Of a stretch of 64,000 bases of DNA, positions 1-14,034 are shown piece by piece. Source of the DNA: the human T2T-CHM13v2.0 reference genome, Homo sapiens. The stretch lies in NCBI RefSeq assembly GCF_009914755.1, contig NC_060928.1, one strand, 5' to 3'. The position numbers were made by a program, and so were the translations under genes. Within the stretch, counting starts at the first letter, position 1. Every line of letters begins with the position of its first letter. The notes below the pieces were generated by a model that searched no databases, was not told the origin of the DNA, and saw only the letters and a list, made by a program, of their open reading frames with translations.

Positions 1-132
1 ATGGTAATGAGCATTTGTTTTCTAAACAAGCACAAATAAACCCCCACAATAATTGATGTTTAGTAGGCTACAAAACAAGCCTCAAAAAATATCAAACTAT
101 TAATAGAATATTGACTATTTTCCTTATATAAT

Positions 133-707
133 TGTCTTGCTGGACCCTTATTAACTCCAACAGGATGGCACCAGGTTTGAGAGGCCGAGGAAGAGACCCA
201 GAGCCAGCAAATGAAATATGGGGTTGATCGAAGGGGGCTTACATACAGGGCAGTGCAGTGATGGCAGGCGGATGGGAGAACTGCTGCCACTGAAGGAAGC
301 GTGTGGTTTATATGCGCGCAGGAAGCGTGTGGTTTATATGCGCGCAGGAAGCGTGTGGTGTATATGCGCGCAGGAAGCGTGTGGTGTATATGCGTGCAGG
401 AAGCGTGTGGTTTATATGCGTGCAGGAAGCGTGTAGTTTATTTAGCACCTTCACTTAGCACCCTTCCCCTGCAACCCCCATGTGGCAATCCTCATTTAAC
501 CCAAAAGGCCTCAATCCCTTCATAAAGCCCATGTTCCATGGGATGCGCTGGGGCTCAGATGTTCCTCATAGATAAGGAATGAATTTCGGAGTTCAGCACT
601 TTGGGATTCCTTACTTCAGAGCGCCACACACACATTCAGGTGTGTCTGCCATACAGGGTCATTCTCAGGTGTGTTAAGTTATTGCTGTCAGGTGCATTTA
701 CCATGCA
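133..707 (-). mobile_element. Solo LTR, LTR47-like (ERVL)
   Basis: TG...CA termini. The minus strand begins tgcatggtaaatgcacctgacagcaataact, like the LTR47 consensus as I recall it. Possible 5-bp TSD ataat(128-132)/acaat(708-712). Confidence 0.7.
294..441. repeat. 26-bp minisatellite (about 5.7 copies) inside the LTR
   Basis: Unit aggaagcgtgtggt(t/g)tatatgcg(c/t)gc at 294, 320, 346, 372 and 398, with a partial copy at 424. Confidence 0.97.
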
Positions 708-916
708 ACAATGCAATTCACAAGATAACTTTTTAAAATTTAGAAAGCAGATTCTGGTTCCAAATAATATGGAGCACGTACACTCTACTCGATGTCTCTC
801 CCACTGAACAGCAGCCGTAAAACTAAGACAGAATGCATGCAGCAGCTATTTGAGGATCCTGGAAAGTAAATAGTAGGAGGCAGAACACAGAAGATCAGAA
901 TTCAAGTAGCATTTAA

Positions 917-1417
<501 letters not shown>

Positions 1418-1839
1418 TAGAGTTGAACTTATCTCCAAACCGTGATCTCATTGAGAGAAAAATAAATGTTTTGCATTGTAAGCCTCTGAGACTTGAGGGT
1501 TGTTTATTACTCTGGCACCAGGTGACTAATGCATATGAGTTCACGGCAACATTGCTTAAACAGTGATGTTTGAAAATGACATAAATGTCCATTGGAAAAG
1601 ATGACTAAATGCATTGTGGGATATTCAGATGCTGGGATAAAAGGTAGTTATATTGAGTGAACAAAGACCACACGTGTCGAAATATGTAAGTATTAAACAT
1701 AATGTTTATTCCAAAGCTTTCTGGAGAAGGCTAAATACAGTATAATAAAACATAATTTTACAAAATGTCGAATACCGTTTTGTATTACTTATGGATACAT
1801 ATGTAGTGAACTTGTTAAGATGTAAGAATAATATATATA

Positions 1840-2125
1840 TTTTTTGAGACATGGTCTTACTTGTGGCCCAGGCTGGCGCGCAGTGCAGCAACCATCGCAG
1901 CCTCGAACTCCTGGGCTCAAATGATTCTCCTGCCTAGGCCTCCCAAGTAGCTGGGACTACAGGCATGTGACACTGTGCCTAATTTTTTATTTTATTATTT
2001 CTTTTTTGTAGAGACGAGGTCTCGCTATGTTGCCCAAAATGGTCTCAAACTCCTGGCCTCAAGTGATTCTCCTGCCTCGGCCTCCCAAAGTGCTGGGATT
2101 ATAGGTGTGAGTCACCACACCTGAT
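1840..2125 (-). mobile_element. Alu (J-type) inserted in an old L1M 3' fragment
   Basis: J-type motifs (gcctcgaactcctgggctcaa). Flanks at ~1550-2350 look like a degenerate L1M 3' end. Confidence 0.88.
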
Positions 2126-2254
2126 CTAATATATTTATATTCAGAAAAGTGGTTATGTCTCCAAGGGGAGTGAGAAGAATGAGATTGATGAGTGGGTAAC
2201 AAAGCTTCTTATCTATAATGTTTTGTTTCTTAGAAGAAGAGGAATAGATGTCAA

Positions 2255-2293
2255 GATTTGACAAAACTAGATGATTTGACAAAACTAGATGAT
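2255..2293. repeat. Perfect 18-bp tandem duplication
   Basis: gatttgacaaaactagat x2 followed by gat. Confidence 0.95.
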
Positions 2294-2806
2294 ACTGTGT
2301 ACCATTCCGTATACTTTTCTGTATAGTTGGAGTTGTTCATAGCACAGCGAAACATATTTTAAACAAAGTAGCTTCCTTTAGTAATGTTTTGGTGACAACT
2401 TATTAGCTCCAGCAGTTTTTGGTGTTGGCAGATGAGTGACGCTGGGATTTTGAGAGTCTCACTGATTAAAAAACAAAACAATAGCAATAAGCATTCAAAA
2501 CCATCTGCAGCTTAGGCTTATATATCCAGCACGGATACAGACATTGAGTTGTGTAGTGACAATAAGGATTCAGTACCCATGATTTCTTCTGTTTTGAATG
2601 CAGATTCACTTAATTGGATGGAAAATTTGATTATTTCTGTAAAAATGCTTGAATAGACTTGAGAGCTTACACATGAAGCCCAATTTTTCTTCCATTTTAA
2701 AAAAATGGAGCCAAGAAAAGAGAATAGCTGGGGTAGGTAGGTGTGATTATTTCAAAACTTCATCCACTTTCTTCCCTCCCCTTCAAGAGGAAGACAAGGG
2801 TATGAG

Positions 2807-2975
2807 AACTGCTTCTAAAACCCAATTGTACAACAGAATAATCTGAAGAGCTTTAGAAAGGTACAATTGTCCAGGCCCCATCTCAGCTCTTACTAAATCT
2901 GAATTTCTCAAATATGAAGCAGAGAATCTTTATTTTTACAAAGGCTTCCTATAGTTACTGTCAATTCCAAGGAAC
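2807..2975. mobile_element. MER5-like hAT fragment
   Basis: Degenerate caggcccca...actaaatctgaattt...atctttattttta pattern. Confidence 0.5.
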
Positions 2976-2992
2976 CAAAATCCCCCAAACCT

Positions 2993-3593
2993 TTTTTTTT
3001 TTCCTTAACTTTTATTTTAGGTTGCGGTGTACATGTGCAGGTTTGTTATGTAGTTAAACTTGTGTCATGGGGGTTTGTTGTACAGATTATTTCATCATCC
3101 AGGTATCAAGACTAGTACCCATTAGTTATTTTTCCTGATCCCCTCCCTCCTCCCACCCTCCACTCACTAAAAGGCCCCAGTGGGTGTTGTTCCCCTCTAT
3201 GTGTCCATATATTCTCATCATTTAGCTCCCACTTATATGTGAGAACATACGATATTTGGTTTTCTGTTCCTGTGTTAGTTTAAGGACAATGGTCTCCAGC
3301 TCCATCTATGTTGCTACAAAGGACACGATCACGTTCTTTTTCTATGGCTGCGTTGTATTTGATGGTGTGTGTGTACCACATTTTCTTTATCCAGTGTGCT
3401 ATTGGTGAGCATTTAGGTTGATTCCATGTCTTTGCTATTGTGAATAGCGCTACAATGAACATACGCGTGCATGTATCTTTACGGGAGAATGATTTATATT
3501 CCTTTCGGTATATACCCAGTAATGGGATTGCTGGGTCTAATAGTAGTTCTGTTTTTTAGCTCTTTGAGAAATCGCCATACTGCTTTCCACAAT
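2993..3593 (-). mobile_element. L1PA 3' end (older primate subfamily)
   Basis: Poly(T), then L1 3'UTR and ORF2 C-terminus ([18 protein letters not shown]). caaacct on both sides. Confidence 0.92.
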
Positions 3594-4604
3594 CAAACCT
3601 CCTTTTCTTGATTTGCCACTCACTGCCGGCTGCGGTCCAATTAATTTATTGTATAAAAAGATAACCAATGCTAAAAACAAAGCAAACCAAGCCATATCAA
3701 ATAATAACACTATCTATAAATTGATTTGTGCACGTGCTATAAACTTTGGTGAATCTGTTAAGAGGAGAGCAAACCAGTTACAGAGTTACCCTGCTGAGCC
3801 CTGGATTCTGAGTTTTATTTAAGAGTGAATTATGTAAAGGATTTCTTTGCAGCTGTGCCAAGAGCATTGCATTCCCTGGTTTGGAAGCTTTCTGTCAAAA
3901 GTGTGCACCATAACTCTTCTGTTCAAGGTGTTGGGTATGAAAATGCAAAGCTTAGGAGAGCATAGTTTTGTCAGCTGATGTCTTTCAAACTGAAATTATT
4001 GTAACAATAATGATTTTACGGGTTTTTAAGGAAGGTATTTGTGTGCTCTTAACTGAAAATGTGTTGTGGCTATTTATTGAAATGTTAATATATATTTATC
4101 ATTAAAACTTAAAACTTACATGCTAACTTTTTATTGAGGGGTGTGTGTGTGTGGGTGTGGGTGTGTGTGGTGTAACCCCAGGGAAGCAAAAATGAGGATA
4201 AAAGAAAAAAGAGGCAAAGAAGAAGGGAAGCAAATATATAAGAGTACATCGCTGACCAGCCGGAATTCTTCTAGAAAACGCAGCTGGCTGCCAGGTCAGC
4301 AGGGATATCATCTGAGAGGTGACATGAAATCATTGCGTCCTGGAACAATGTTAGCAAGAAGGAAGGGTAAATAATCGGCCAGCCCCTTCCTGTCTCTCTT
4401 CCCCCACTGGTCAAAGTTTGCCTCACTTCCTGCTTCTCTTGCTGGGGCCCTTTGGGCAGCCTGACTAATAGAGCCTCAGTATGCCAAGCACACGAGTGTG
4501 CAGGTGCAAATTACGGCCCCCCGGCAGCAGCCTGCAGCATGTAGGCAGCCAGGTGAGCAGGTGCGCTCTAGTGATGACCTACAAACTCCAGGTGGGAGGA
4601 CAGG

Positions 4605-4717
4605 CCTACAGTCCGAGGCATGAAATGAGGTGCTTGGATCATGCCAGGAGTGACTTAGAGGACTGGAAGCAGCTGCTTCAATGTGCCTGACCGATAAGTA
4701 GGAGTGTCCTAGAACTA
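4605..4717 (+). repeat. Dispersed duplication, copy A (putative donor)
   Basis: cctacag...ggagtgtcctagaacta, highly similar to 7124-7237. Confidence 0.95.
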
Positions 4718-5249
4718 CTGGCCTCCACCACGAAGAGGGTGATGAAACTTAATGAGCTTTCTTAACCAAAGCTCCCTGTAGCTGTGGTCAGTGCCAGCTG
4801 GCCTTCCCAGTGGGTCTTCAACAGCACTGAGCAAAAGACAACGGCCAAGCCAATCCAGGGAGGCACACACCGAGAGCAGACGGTGTACGACATGATACTC
4901 GGTCATCTTATCATGCCAGAAAGAAAGGAGGCTGCCAAACTTGGGTAGTGTCAAAAGGACACAAGAGCCAATTTGAGAACTCCTGTTGGTCAAAAATGGG
5001 GCAATTTCAGCAGCAAAGAGAATGCGTGCAGTGGATTACGACATATCAAATATGTGAAATAAAAATTCAGGAGACAATAGTGATATTCCAAAAAATGAAT
5101 TGAAGATAAAACTTTAGAAAGGGAAAAAAAGGCATCTATCTTGCCTTCCCTGTACTTTCTTTCAGGAAAACCAGATAGTGGATGAGCAAAATTCTCTCCT
5201 TGTAATAGAATCCCAGTTTACAAATGCAGGAGGAATGAGAGCCTCTTTG

Positions 5250-6320
<1,071 letters not shown>

Positions 6321-6904
6321 TACATGAACAAATTCTTTTTAAGCCAACAAAACAAGCTTCCCCAGCGGGTTTTGATTAATCAAATAGCCTTGGGACCCAG
6401 GTAGAGAGGACCTCAGAACAAAGCAGAGGTGAGTGCAGAGAAGCTGGTACTACCCTCTGCGCCTAGCAACCCTCTTCCCCAGAATCTCAGCCCCTCTACT
6501 CTCAGCTGCTTTTCCACTCCCAGATTTCTATGTAGGGTTCACAATCTCAGGGATGGGCCAATGGTACAGAGGAATTCAGGACGCAGGAGAACCTGTTCGA
6601 TATTACAGCTTGTAGATCTATTAAAATTCCTCTGCAGATTTGGGAAAAAGATTAATGAGTGTTCATATTTAGCTCTGTTTCCATGAGAAAGCCTGTGGAA
6701 AAACATTTTTAAAAGCACCTATAGTAGCTAATCCAGAAAATAAATCAAATTAGTCACTGTCGAGGGCTTGTATTATAGTCTAAAATAAGAGAAACTTTTT
6801 GATGAGTGGCTAGCTTGGGGGTAGAACTTTGTGGTGTATTTTACGGCACAAAGTTTACTATTATTTCAAAGTTAGTTTAGCTTCTACCCTAGGATAATAT
6901 TTTG

Positions 6905-7065
6905 CAAATAGCACCAAGCTGGACGTCCTGAGACCCGGGTTTTGATTTTAGACCTCCCGCTGATAAGCTGTGTGACTTTCTTCAAGTTACTCTCTCTGGG
7001 GGTTAATTTTCTCATTTCTAAACAGAAGGAGGACTAGATATTTGAGGTTCTTCCAGCTCTAATAT
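6905..7065 (+). mobile_element. MIR fragment
   Basis: agctgtgtgactt...aagttactctctctgg...tttctcatttctaaa core. Confidence 0.65.
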
Positions 7066-7123
7066 CCTATTTGTCTATGAATAAAAATGTATTTACTCAT
7101 TTGCACGCAGTATTTCATTTACA

Positions 7124-7237
7124 CCTACAGACTCAGGCATGAAATGAGGTGCTCGGGTCAGGCCGGGAGTGACTTAGCGGACTGGAGGCAGCTGCTTCGA
7201 TGTGCCTGACCGACCAAGTAGGAGTGTCCTAGAACTA
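7124..7237 (+). repeat. Dispersed duplication, copy B (inserted copy)
   Basis: Matches 4605-4717. Flanked by a duplicated 28-mer at 7100-7127 and 7250-7277. Confidence 0.95.
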
Positions 7238-8216
7238 TTCATTTACACCTTTGCATGCACTGTTTCATTTACACCTAACAACAACATGATGATATAAGAA
7301 ACTTTATTATTCACACTTGGCAGACACAGAAACTGAGAATTAGGAAGAAGGGGTAATCTGACAAAGAGATTCTCAATAGATGTTGAAAAATGAAAGTTTA
7401 GGTGTGGCCCAATTTTGATTCTCCATGGAAATATCCAGCCATGGACTTTTCACATGTGCTGTAGAGTTTGTTAGTAGTTGAGGCCCAAAGATTTTGAAGT
7501 CTTTTAAAACTCTGAAACATTAGGAAAGTTTGGTTTCTCTAAATGTTATGAAAATTTTGCATCTCAATACAAGCCATTTATAACAGATAAGAACATTTCT
7601 ACAAAACAGATTCTTTCCAGCTGGATTCGTGTATGTATGCATGTAAGTCCGTCTCCTAAAATTTCAAGGGCAGTAATGAATCAATAGTATGTCTTAAATC
7701 TGAGATGTCTGATAAAACACAGAAAGATATATACATTCTAAAATATCAAGTTGATTAACAAATATTTAGTGAGCATACCACTATGGACTTTTTTGTTCCA
7801 AATGAATTTGAGTCTTTAATGTGGTTCAAGAGCTACCTGGATGGGATCAGAATCAGTTCCCATCTATGTGCCCCAGGACAGAGCCTGATCCCTACCTGAT
7901 TTCCAAGGCCATGGCCCTATTAGACCACACACAATGCAGATTCTGTAATTAGTATCTTGGCATTTATGAGAAAGTTCACAATGTCAAACTGTATGTGGGG
8001 CATGACACAGAATCTTAACAGGTACTTGGTGAGTAAACATTGAATGAAAGCTAACATGAAAATATTCTCCTTTTGAAAAAACATAGACAAGTTTAAGGCC
8101 ATTTCAGCAAGCGAGATTTCAGGTGGCAATAAATGATGTTAATTATAAGGGCAAAAATACATGGTTGTTCATGGTTTTTCTCGTGCCCAACCAGTCCTGC
8201 GCTTTCTTAAGATTAA

Positions 8217-8585
<369 letters not shown>

Positions 8586-9732
8586 TAAAAGCACTTTGAT
8601 TATATCTCATTGGATTCGTGTATGTTTTTCTTTTTGTACAGAAAAACTGGAATGGATTTTTTATATAAGTTATTGAAAGACATTTTCATGTAAACATTGA
8701 CTTAAATTTTATGTGGAGATGAACAACTCGTTTTGTTTTTGTTTTCCTTTTTGTTTCTGCAATAGTATCTTCTGGCTAAAAAGAATAGTTGCTTTTACAA
8801 GTAACAAAAGAAATGAAAGTATACTTTGGAGGCAGCTGTCACTTACACATTTTTTGAGGAGTCCAGGTTGTTGGCTAAAAAGATATTTTTTGGGGAAAAC
8901 TACTTTTACACAAATGCTGCCTATTTAGGTCTAAATGCTGTGATGAAATGGAGAACTTTGAGAACTAAAAGACATGCCACCCTGTTTTAAGTTGTATGAC
9001 CAGGAAAATAAGCCTTTACCAAACTGTTTTTCTGATTCACAGTGCATTTTAATAAGCATAATTCAGTTGTCCAGTTCTCAGCAGCACCAAAGAGACAGCA
9101 ACACTGTAGGTGGCTGATTAATATTTTATGTTTATCTTTAGTAACTAACCATGTCAATATGTGAGGATGTTCTGAAAGAAAAAACATATTCAAAACAGAC
9201 TTCCTTTGCTATGCAATTTCTTTGGGGTATTTTATTTTTAAGAGTGTTTATGTTAAAGCTTTTAAAATGTTGTACAATGTATCCAAATAGTAGTAGTAAC
9301 TCACATTTAATAAACTTTATATAAAAGTGTAAGGATGGAAAATTACTGGCTCAACAACTGTTTAGGGAAAGTTTCTTTCCTATTATCACCTGCTATATTG
9401 CAAATATCTTTTTGAGTATTATTTAAATTTTTTAACCTTAATATACTTTTGAATAAACTAGCTGAGTCCAGGTCATTGCCTTTTACATTTCTCAGAGTTT
9501 TTCCAGATTTTCCTTTATGTTGGCAATAATCATGTTATTTTCTTTCTTTTGTAGTATCATGTACCACTAATATATATTTTCCCAACTCCTCACAAAGAGC
9601 TAGGTGTATCAAAGCTTCATTTTTCTGGTCATACATATTATTTAGTAGAAGGTTTTATCTTTCTTAAAGGAAGGAATGTCAGTCAAAATCATCATGTAGA
9701 TGATTCTCACGAACTCATTAAAGAGAGAGACC

Positions 9733-9758
9733 ATATTTTATAAATATTTATAAAATAT
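9733..9758. repeat. Perfect 26-bp AT-only palindrome
   Basis: atattttataaat|atttataaaatat. Confidence 0.95.
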
Positions 9759-9966
9759 TTAAGACATTTAACAACTGATAAGGCTCAGGCACCAACCAAG
9801 CAGAACAGACACTGGCCATAAAGCTGAACAAAGTGTGCAGGCTCACTCAGGGGCATACAAGAACACGTCAGTGGCTCGTATGGAGAAAGTGGGAGGGGCG
9901 GAACCCAGGGAGAGGCCACGGCGGGGTGGGGACACTGGCAGGGACCCCATAATCATGACTGGATTC

Positions 9967-10185
9967 CTGCGTTTCTTAAACGTGGTGCTACTGACATTTT
10001 GGGGAGCGTTATCGCTCTTTGCTGTTGGGGGCTGCTGTCCTGATGTAGGATGTTTAGGAATCTCTCTGGCTTCTACCCACTAGTTGCCATTTTCACTTCC
10101 CCCTCAGTTATGACAACCAAAAAATGTCACCAGATATTTTCAAATGTCTCCTGGGAAGTAAAATCACCCTAGTTGAGAACCACTG
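9967..10185 (+). mobile_element. MER20 (hAT-Charlie)
   Basis: tgacaaccaaaaaatgtcaccagatatt...gttgagaaccactg terminus. Confidence 0.88.
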
Positions 10186-10479
10186 TGATATACCCTCTGG
10201 GGCAGCAATATTTCCATATTCTAACAGCCGTTACATTCCTACCATCACCAACAGGGTCTTGAACTGTTGCCTGCTTTACAGAGCTTAGTAAAGATTTGTC
10301 AAATAAATGAATGATTCTTGTAGTCAGTCAACATACTGGGAATAACCTTTTAGGAAAGGTTGACTCATAAATTATCTCTTGTACTTGGAGTGTGGGTACA
10401 TCTCGATTTATGACTACGCAGGTGTTTGGTGAGAGACCCTTCAACCTATTGACCACAAAGCTTGACACCCTGGGAGCCT

Positions 10480-11885
10480 CTGAAGCATGAAGCCTAGAGC
10501 TCATTGCTTGCAGCTCGTCTCACTTTGTACATGCTCCTTAGTTCAATCCATCTACTCTCATGGTTTTTACTTGTATGCAGATAAATTCTATCCTTGTATC
10601 TCTATCCCTCAACCCCTGTCTGAACTTAAGCTGCAGATCTACTGGCCCTGTGTATATATTTACCTTACACACAACATGCAGAGAACTGAACTCAGCTTTG
10701 GTCTGCCTCCACTGCCATAGGGCAAGCTTCACTTCCTGTCTTGTCTAACTGAATTAGATAATTATTACCTCATCCTTGGTGGTAATCTGGGTAACTCTTT
10801 GTCCTGCAACTCCTACATGCGCATAATAGTCACAAAGTCCAGTGAACTTAACCACCAATAGTTTGGATTTCTTTCCCTCTTCCTTGCTTTCTGTTCCCTG
10901 GACTAATTCTAGGCTCCTGACTGGTCTTCCATAGTGTGTTCTGTCTCAAATCCAAACCTCACATGCTTCCACCATCATCTATCAAAACAGCAACACCATA
11001 TTGAAATGCTTCTGTTTTCCAAGGGGTAAAATCTACATTCCTTGGCGCGCCTTTCTAGGTCCTCCACAACCTGGCCTCTGCTCAGTGGAGGAGCCTCCAC
11101 ACTGGCATTTCATGCTCCGGCAATTTTTTTTTTCTAATTAAAGTTCTGGGATACATGTGCAGAATGTGCAGCTTTGTTACGTAGGTATACATGTGCCATG
11201 GTGGTTTGCTGCACCCATCAACCTGTCATCTACATTAGGTATTTCTCCTAATGCTCTCCCTCCCCTCTCTACCCTCCAACAGGCCCTGGTGTGTGATCTT
11301 CCCCTCCCTGTGTCCATGTGTTCTCATCGTTCAACTCCCACTTATAAGTGAGAACATGCGGTGTTTGGTTTTCTGTCCCTGTGTTTGCTGAGGATGATGG
11401 TTTCCAGCTTCATCCATGTCCCTGCAAATGATATGAACTCATCTTTTTTATGGCTGCATAGTATTCCATGGTATATATGTGGCACATTTTCTTTGTGCAG
11501 TCTATCATTGATGGGCATTTGGGTTGGTTCCAAGTCTTTGCTATTGTGGATAGTGCATGCTTCAGCAATTCCGAACAGCTATTAATACGCTGTTACCATC
11601 GACCTGCTCCTCTGACCTGGAACACCCTCTTCACCCTGTGTCATCTAATCAACTCCTCATCCTTCCATGCAGGTGACACCTCTTCTGGGAAGCTTTGTCT
11701 GCCTTGTTTATCCTGGGTCCAGGAGTGCTCTCATTGGTGGCACTCTGGGCCTTCCTTGAGGAAGCATTATCACCCTAGGGTGAATGATCTGTTTAACTGT
11801 TATGTGGTTTGTCTCCAGGGCAGAGATTATGTCCTATTCATCTTTATATCCTTAATTCCAGCCATAGTTGCTCAGTAGATGATGC
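10480..11885. mobile_element. L2 fragments hosting an L1PA insertion
   Basis: Pyrimidine-rich L2-like sequence ending gggcagagattatgtcctattcatctttatatcc. Confidence 0.6.
11126..11555 (-). mobile_element. L1PA 3' end, 5'-truncated
   Basis: L1 3'UTR. TSD catgctccggcaatt(11111)/catgcttcagcaatt(11556). Confidence 0.93.
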
Positions 11886-12208
11886 TGATGTGATCTCAAT
11901 TTTGGGGTAAAATTAGATGTATATACAGACACAGAAAAAATGACTGGAAGGATACCCAGGTAACATGACTGGATAGTTACAACGTTTTACTGGAACTTTC
12001 TCCCACTTTGGCCACAAAAAGTATCAGTGTGAGGTTTACTCACATTACTATATTACATAAGGAAATAAAGCTGCTTTTCAAATTTTGGGGTAGGCTGGAA
12101 AGGAGTGGGGTCATGGGGGAGAAGGAAAGCACAAAGACCATGAGTTTTGCTAATTGTAAGACATTAATCCAGGACTCTCCAAACCTACAGCCCAATTTCT
12201 ACTGAGAA

Positions 12209-12333
12209 TTTTTTTTTTTTTTTGTAGAGATAGAGTCTATGTTGCCCAGGCTGGTCTTGCATTCCTGGCCTCAAGCAATCCTCCAGCCTTGGCCTCCCAA
12301 AGTCCTTACAGTTGTGAGCCACTGTGCCTGGTC
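12209..12333 (-). mobile_element. Alu left monomer (FLAM)
   Basis: Single arm. TSD ctactgagaa at 12199 and 12334. Confidence 0.9.
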
Positions 12334-13061
12334 CTACTGAGAACATTTTGAAAAGCAGAATTGAAATCCAATTATAACAGCTCCTCTTACTTCCTTTGTA
12401 AATTACGAACATGCCCATCTCTCTTTCCTCACCACTTCATCACCACCATGTCCCCTCCTCTCTGCAAAACTTATTGAAATAACAATTACATTTTGTAATT
12501 TTCCTTTCCTGTTGCTTTCAGGACTCAAGCTCTGTTGAGGACATGAGGCCAGCAGATGGGCATAGTTTTAAAGAAGTTATAGTATTCGAATTGAAATTCC
12601 CTACTCTGTTAATTACGGCCCTGAAGACTTTTTGTCACAAATGCAAAATTTCACAACCACCTGACATTAAGAATGTTGATACTCAGGCCCTCGTGCAGCT
12701 GCTTGCTCATGAGGCCAACAGATGGGCATACTATTTAAAAAAAAAAAAAAAAAAAGGGCTGCAATGCCGAGGTTGGAATTCTCAAATCCAGGCACTGAGG
12801 CTCTTAAAGCTCAGTGCACGGTCAGGAGTTGCACTGCCTCATGGTCCTTTGGGACCCTTCCTGCCCGCCCCGCTCTGCACCTGGAGCCACTGGGAGAAGC
12901 GTGTTAAAAAGCCACAGCTGACTTAATTCATGTGTTATGGGAGACATTCCTGGGGTTGGCTTATTACCGTGATCCTAACCCTCTCCTGGTGCGATTCGAA
13001 AAGAACACTTAGGAAGGGGAACAAAGACAGTAAGACAATAGTGTGGAAAAACACATAATAA

Positions 13062-13379
<318 letters not shown>

Positions 13380-13672
13380 TTAATCCTACTTTCATATTGT
13401 TACTGCCCCATGGGAAATCAAATGTACAAATCAGCAAGGATCTATTTTATAGTCAGTCAACAAACAACAACATAAGCACTACAGACTCTTTTATTTACAA
13501 CAGTCTTTCAAAAGAAACCTTTCTTCTGCATCCACGTGCAAGTTAAGTAAGCTTGAGGAACATCATCAAGAATGGGATGGTGAATATATGAATAGAATAG
13601 CTGCAACCTCACGTCAGTTGAATTTAATCAGTAGAGCAGCTGTGTCCCGTCTTCGGTACCATGGTGTGGGGG

Positions 13673-14027
13673 TGTATTAGTCTTGTTTTCATGCTGCTGA
13701 TAAAGACATACCGGAGACTGGGAAGAAAAAGAAGTTTAATTGGACTTACAGTTCCACGTGGCTGGGGAGGCCTCAGAATCATGGCGGGAGGCGAAAGGCG
13801 TTTCTTACGCAGCAGCAGCAAGAGAAAATAAGGAGCAAGCAAACGTGGAAACTCCCGATAAACCCATTAGATCTCGTGAGACGTATTCACTCTCGCGAGA
13901 ATAACGCGGGAAAGACCCACCCCCATGATTCAACTACCTCCCTCTGGGTCCTTCCCACAATATGGGGGAATTCTGGGGGACACGATTCAAGTTGACATTT
14001 GAATGGGGACACAGCCAAACCATATCA
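13673..14027 (-). mobile_element. THE1 (THE1C-like) MaLR solo LTR
   Basis: Termini tgtattagtc...aaaccatatca. 5-bp TSD ggggg. Confidence 0.93.
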
Positions 14028-14034
14028 GGGGGAA

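Noticed and set aside
294-441. Regular repeat array as CRISPR-like
   Set aside because: Head-to-tail units with no spacers, in primate DNA.
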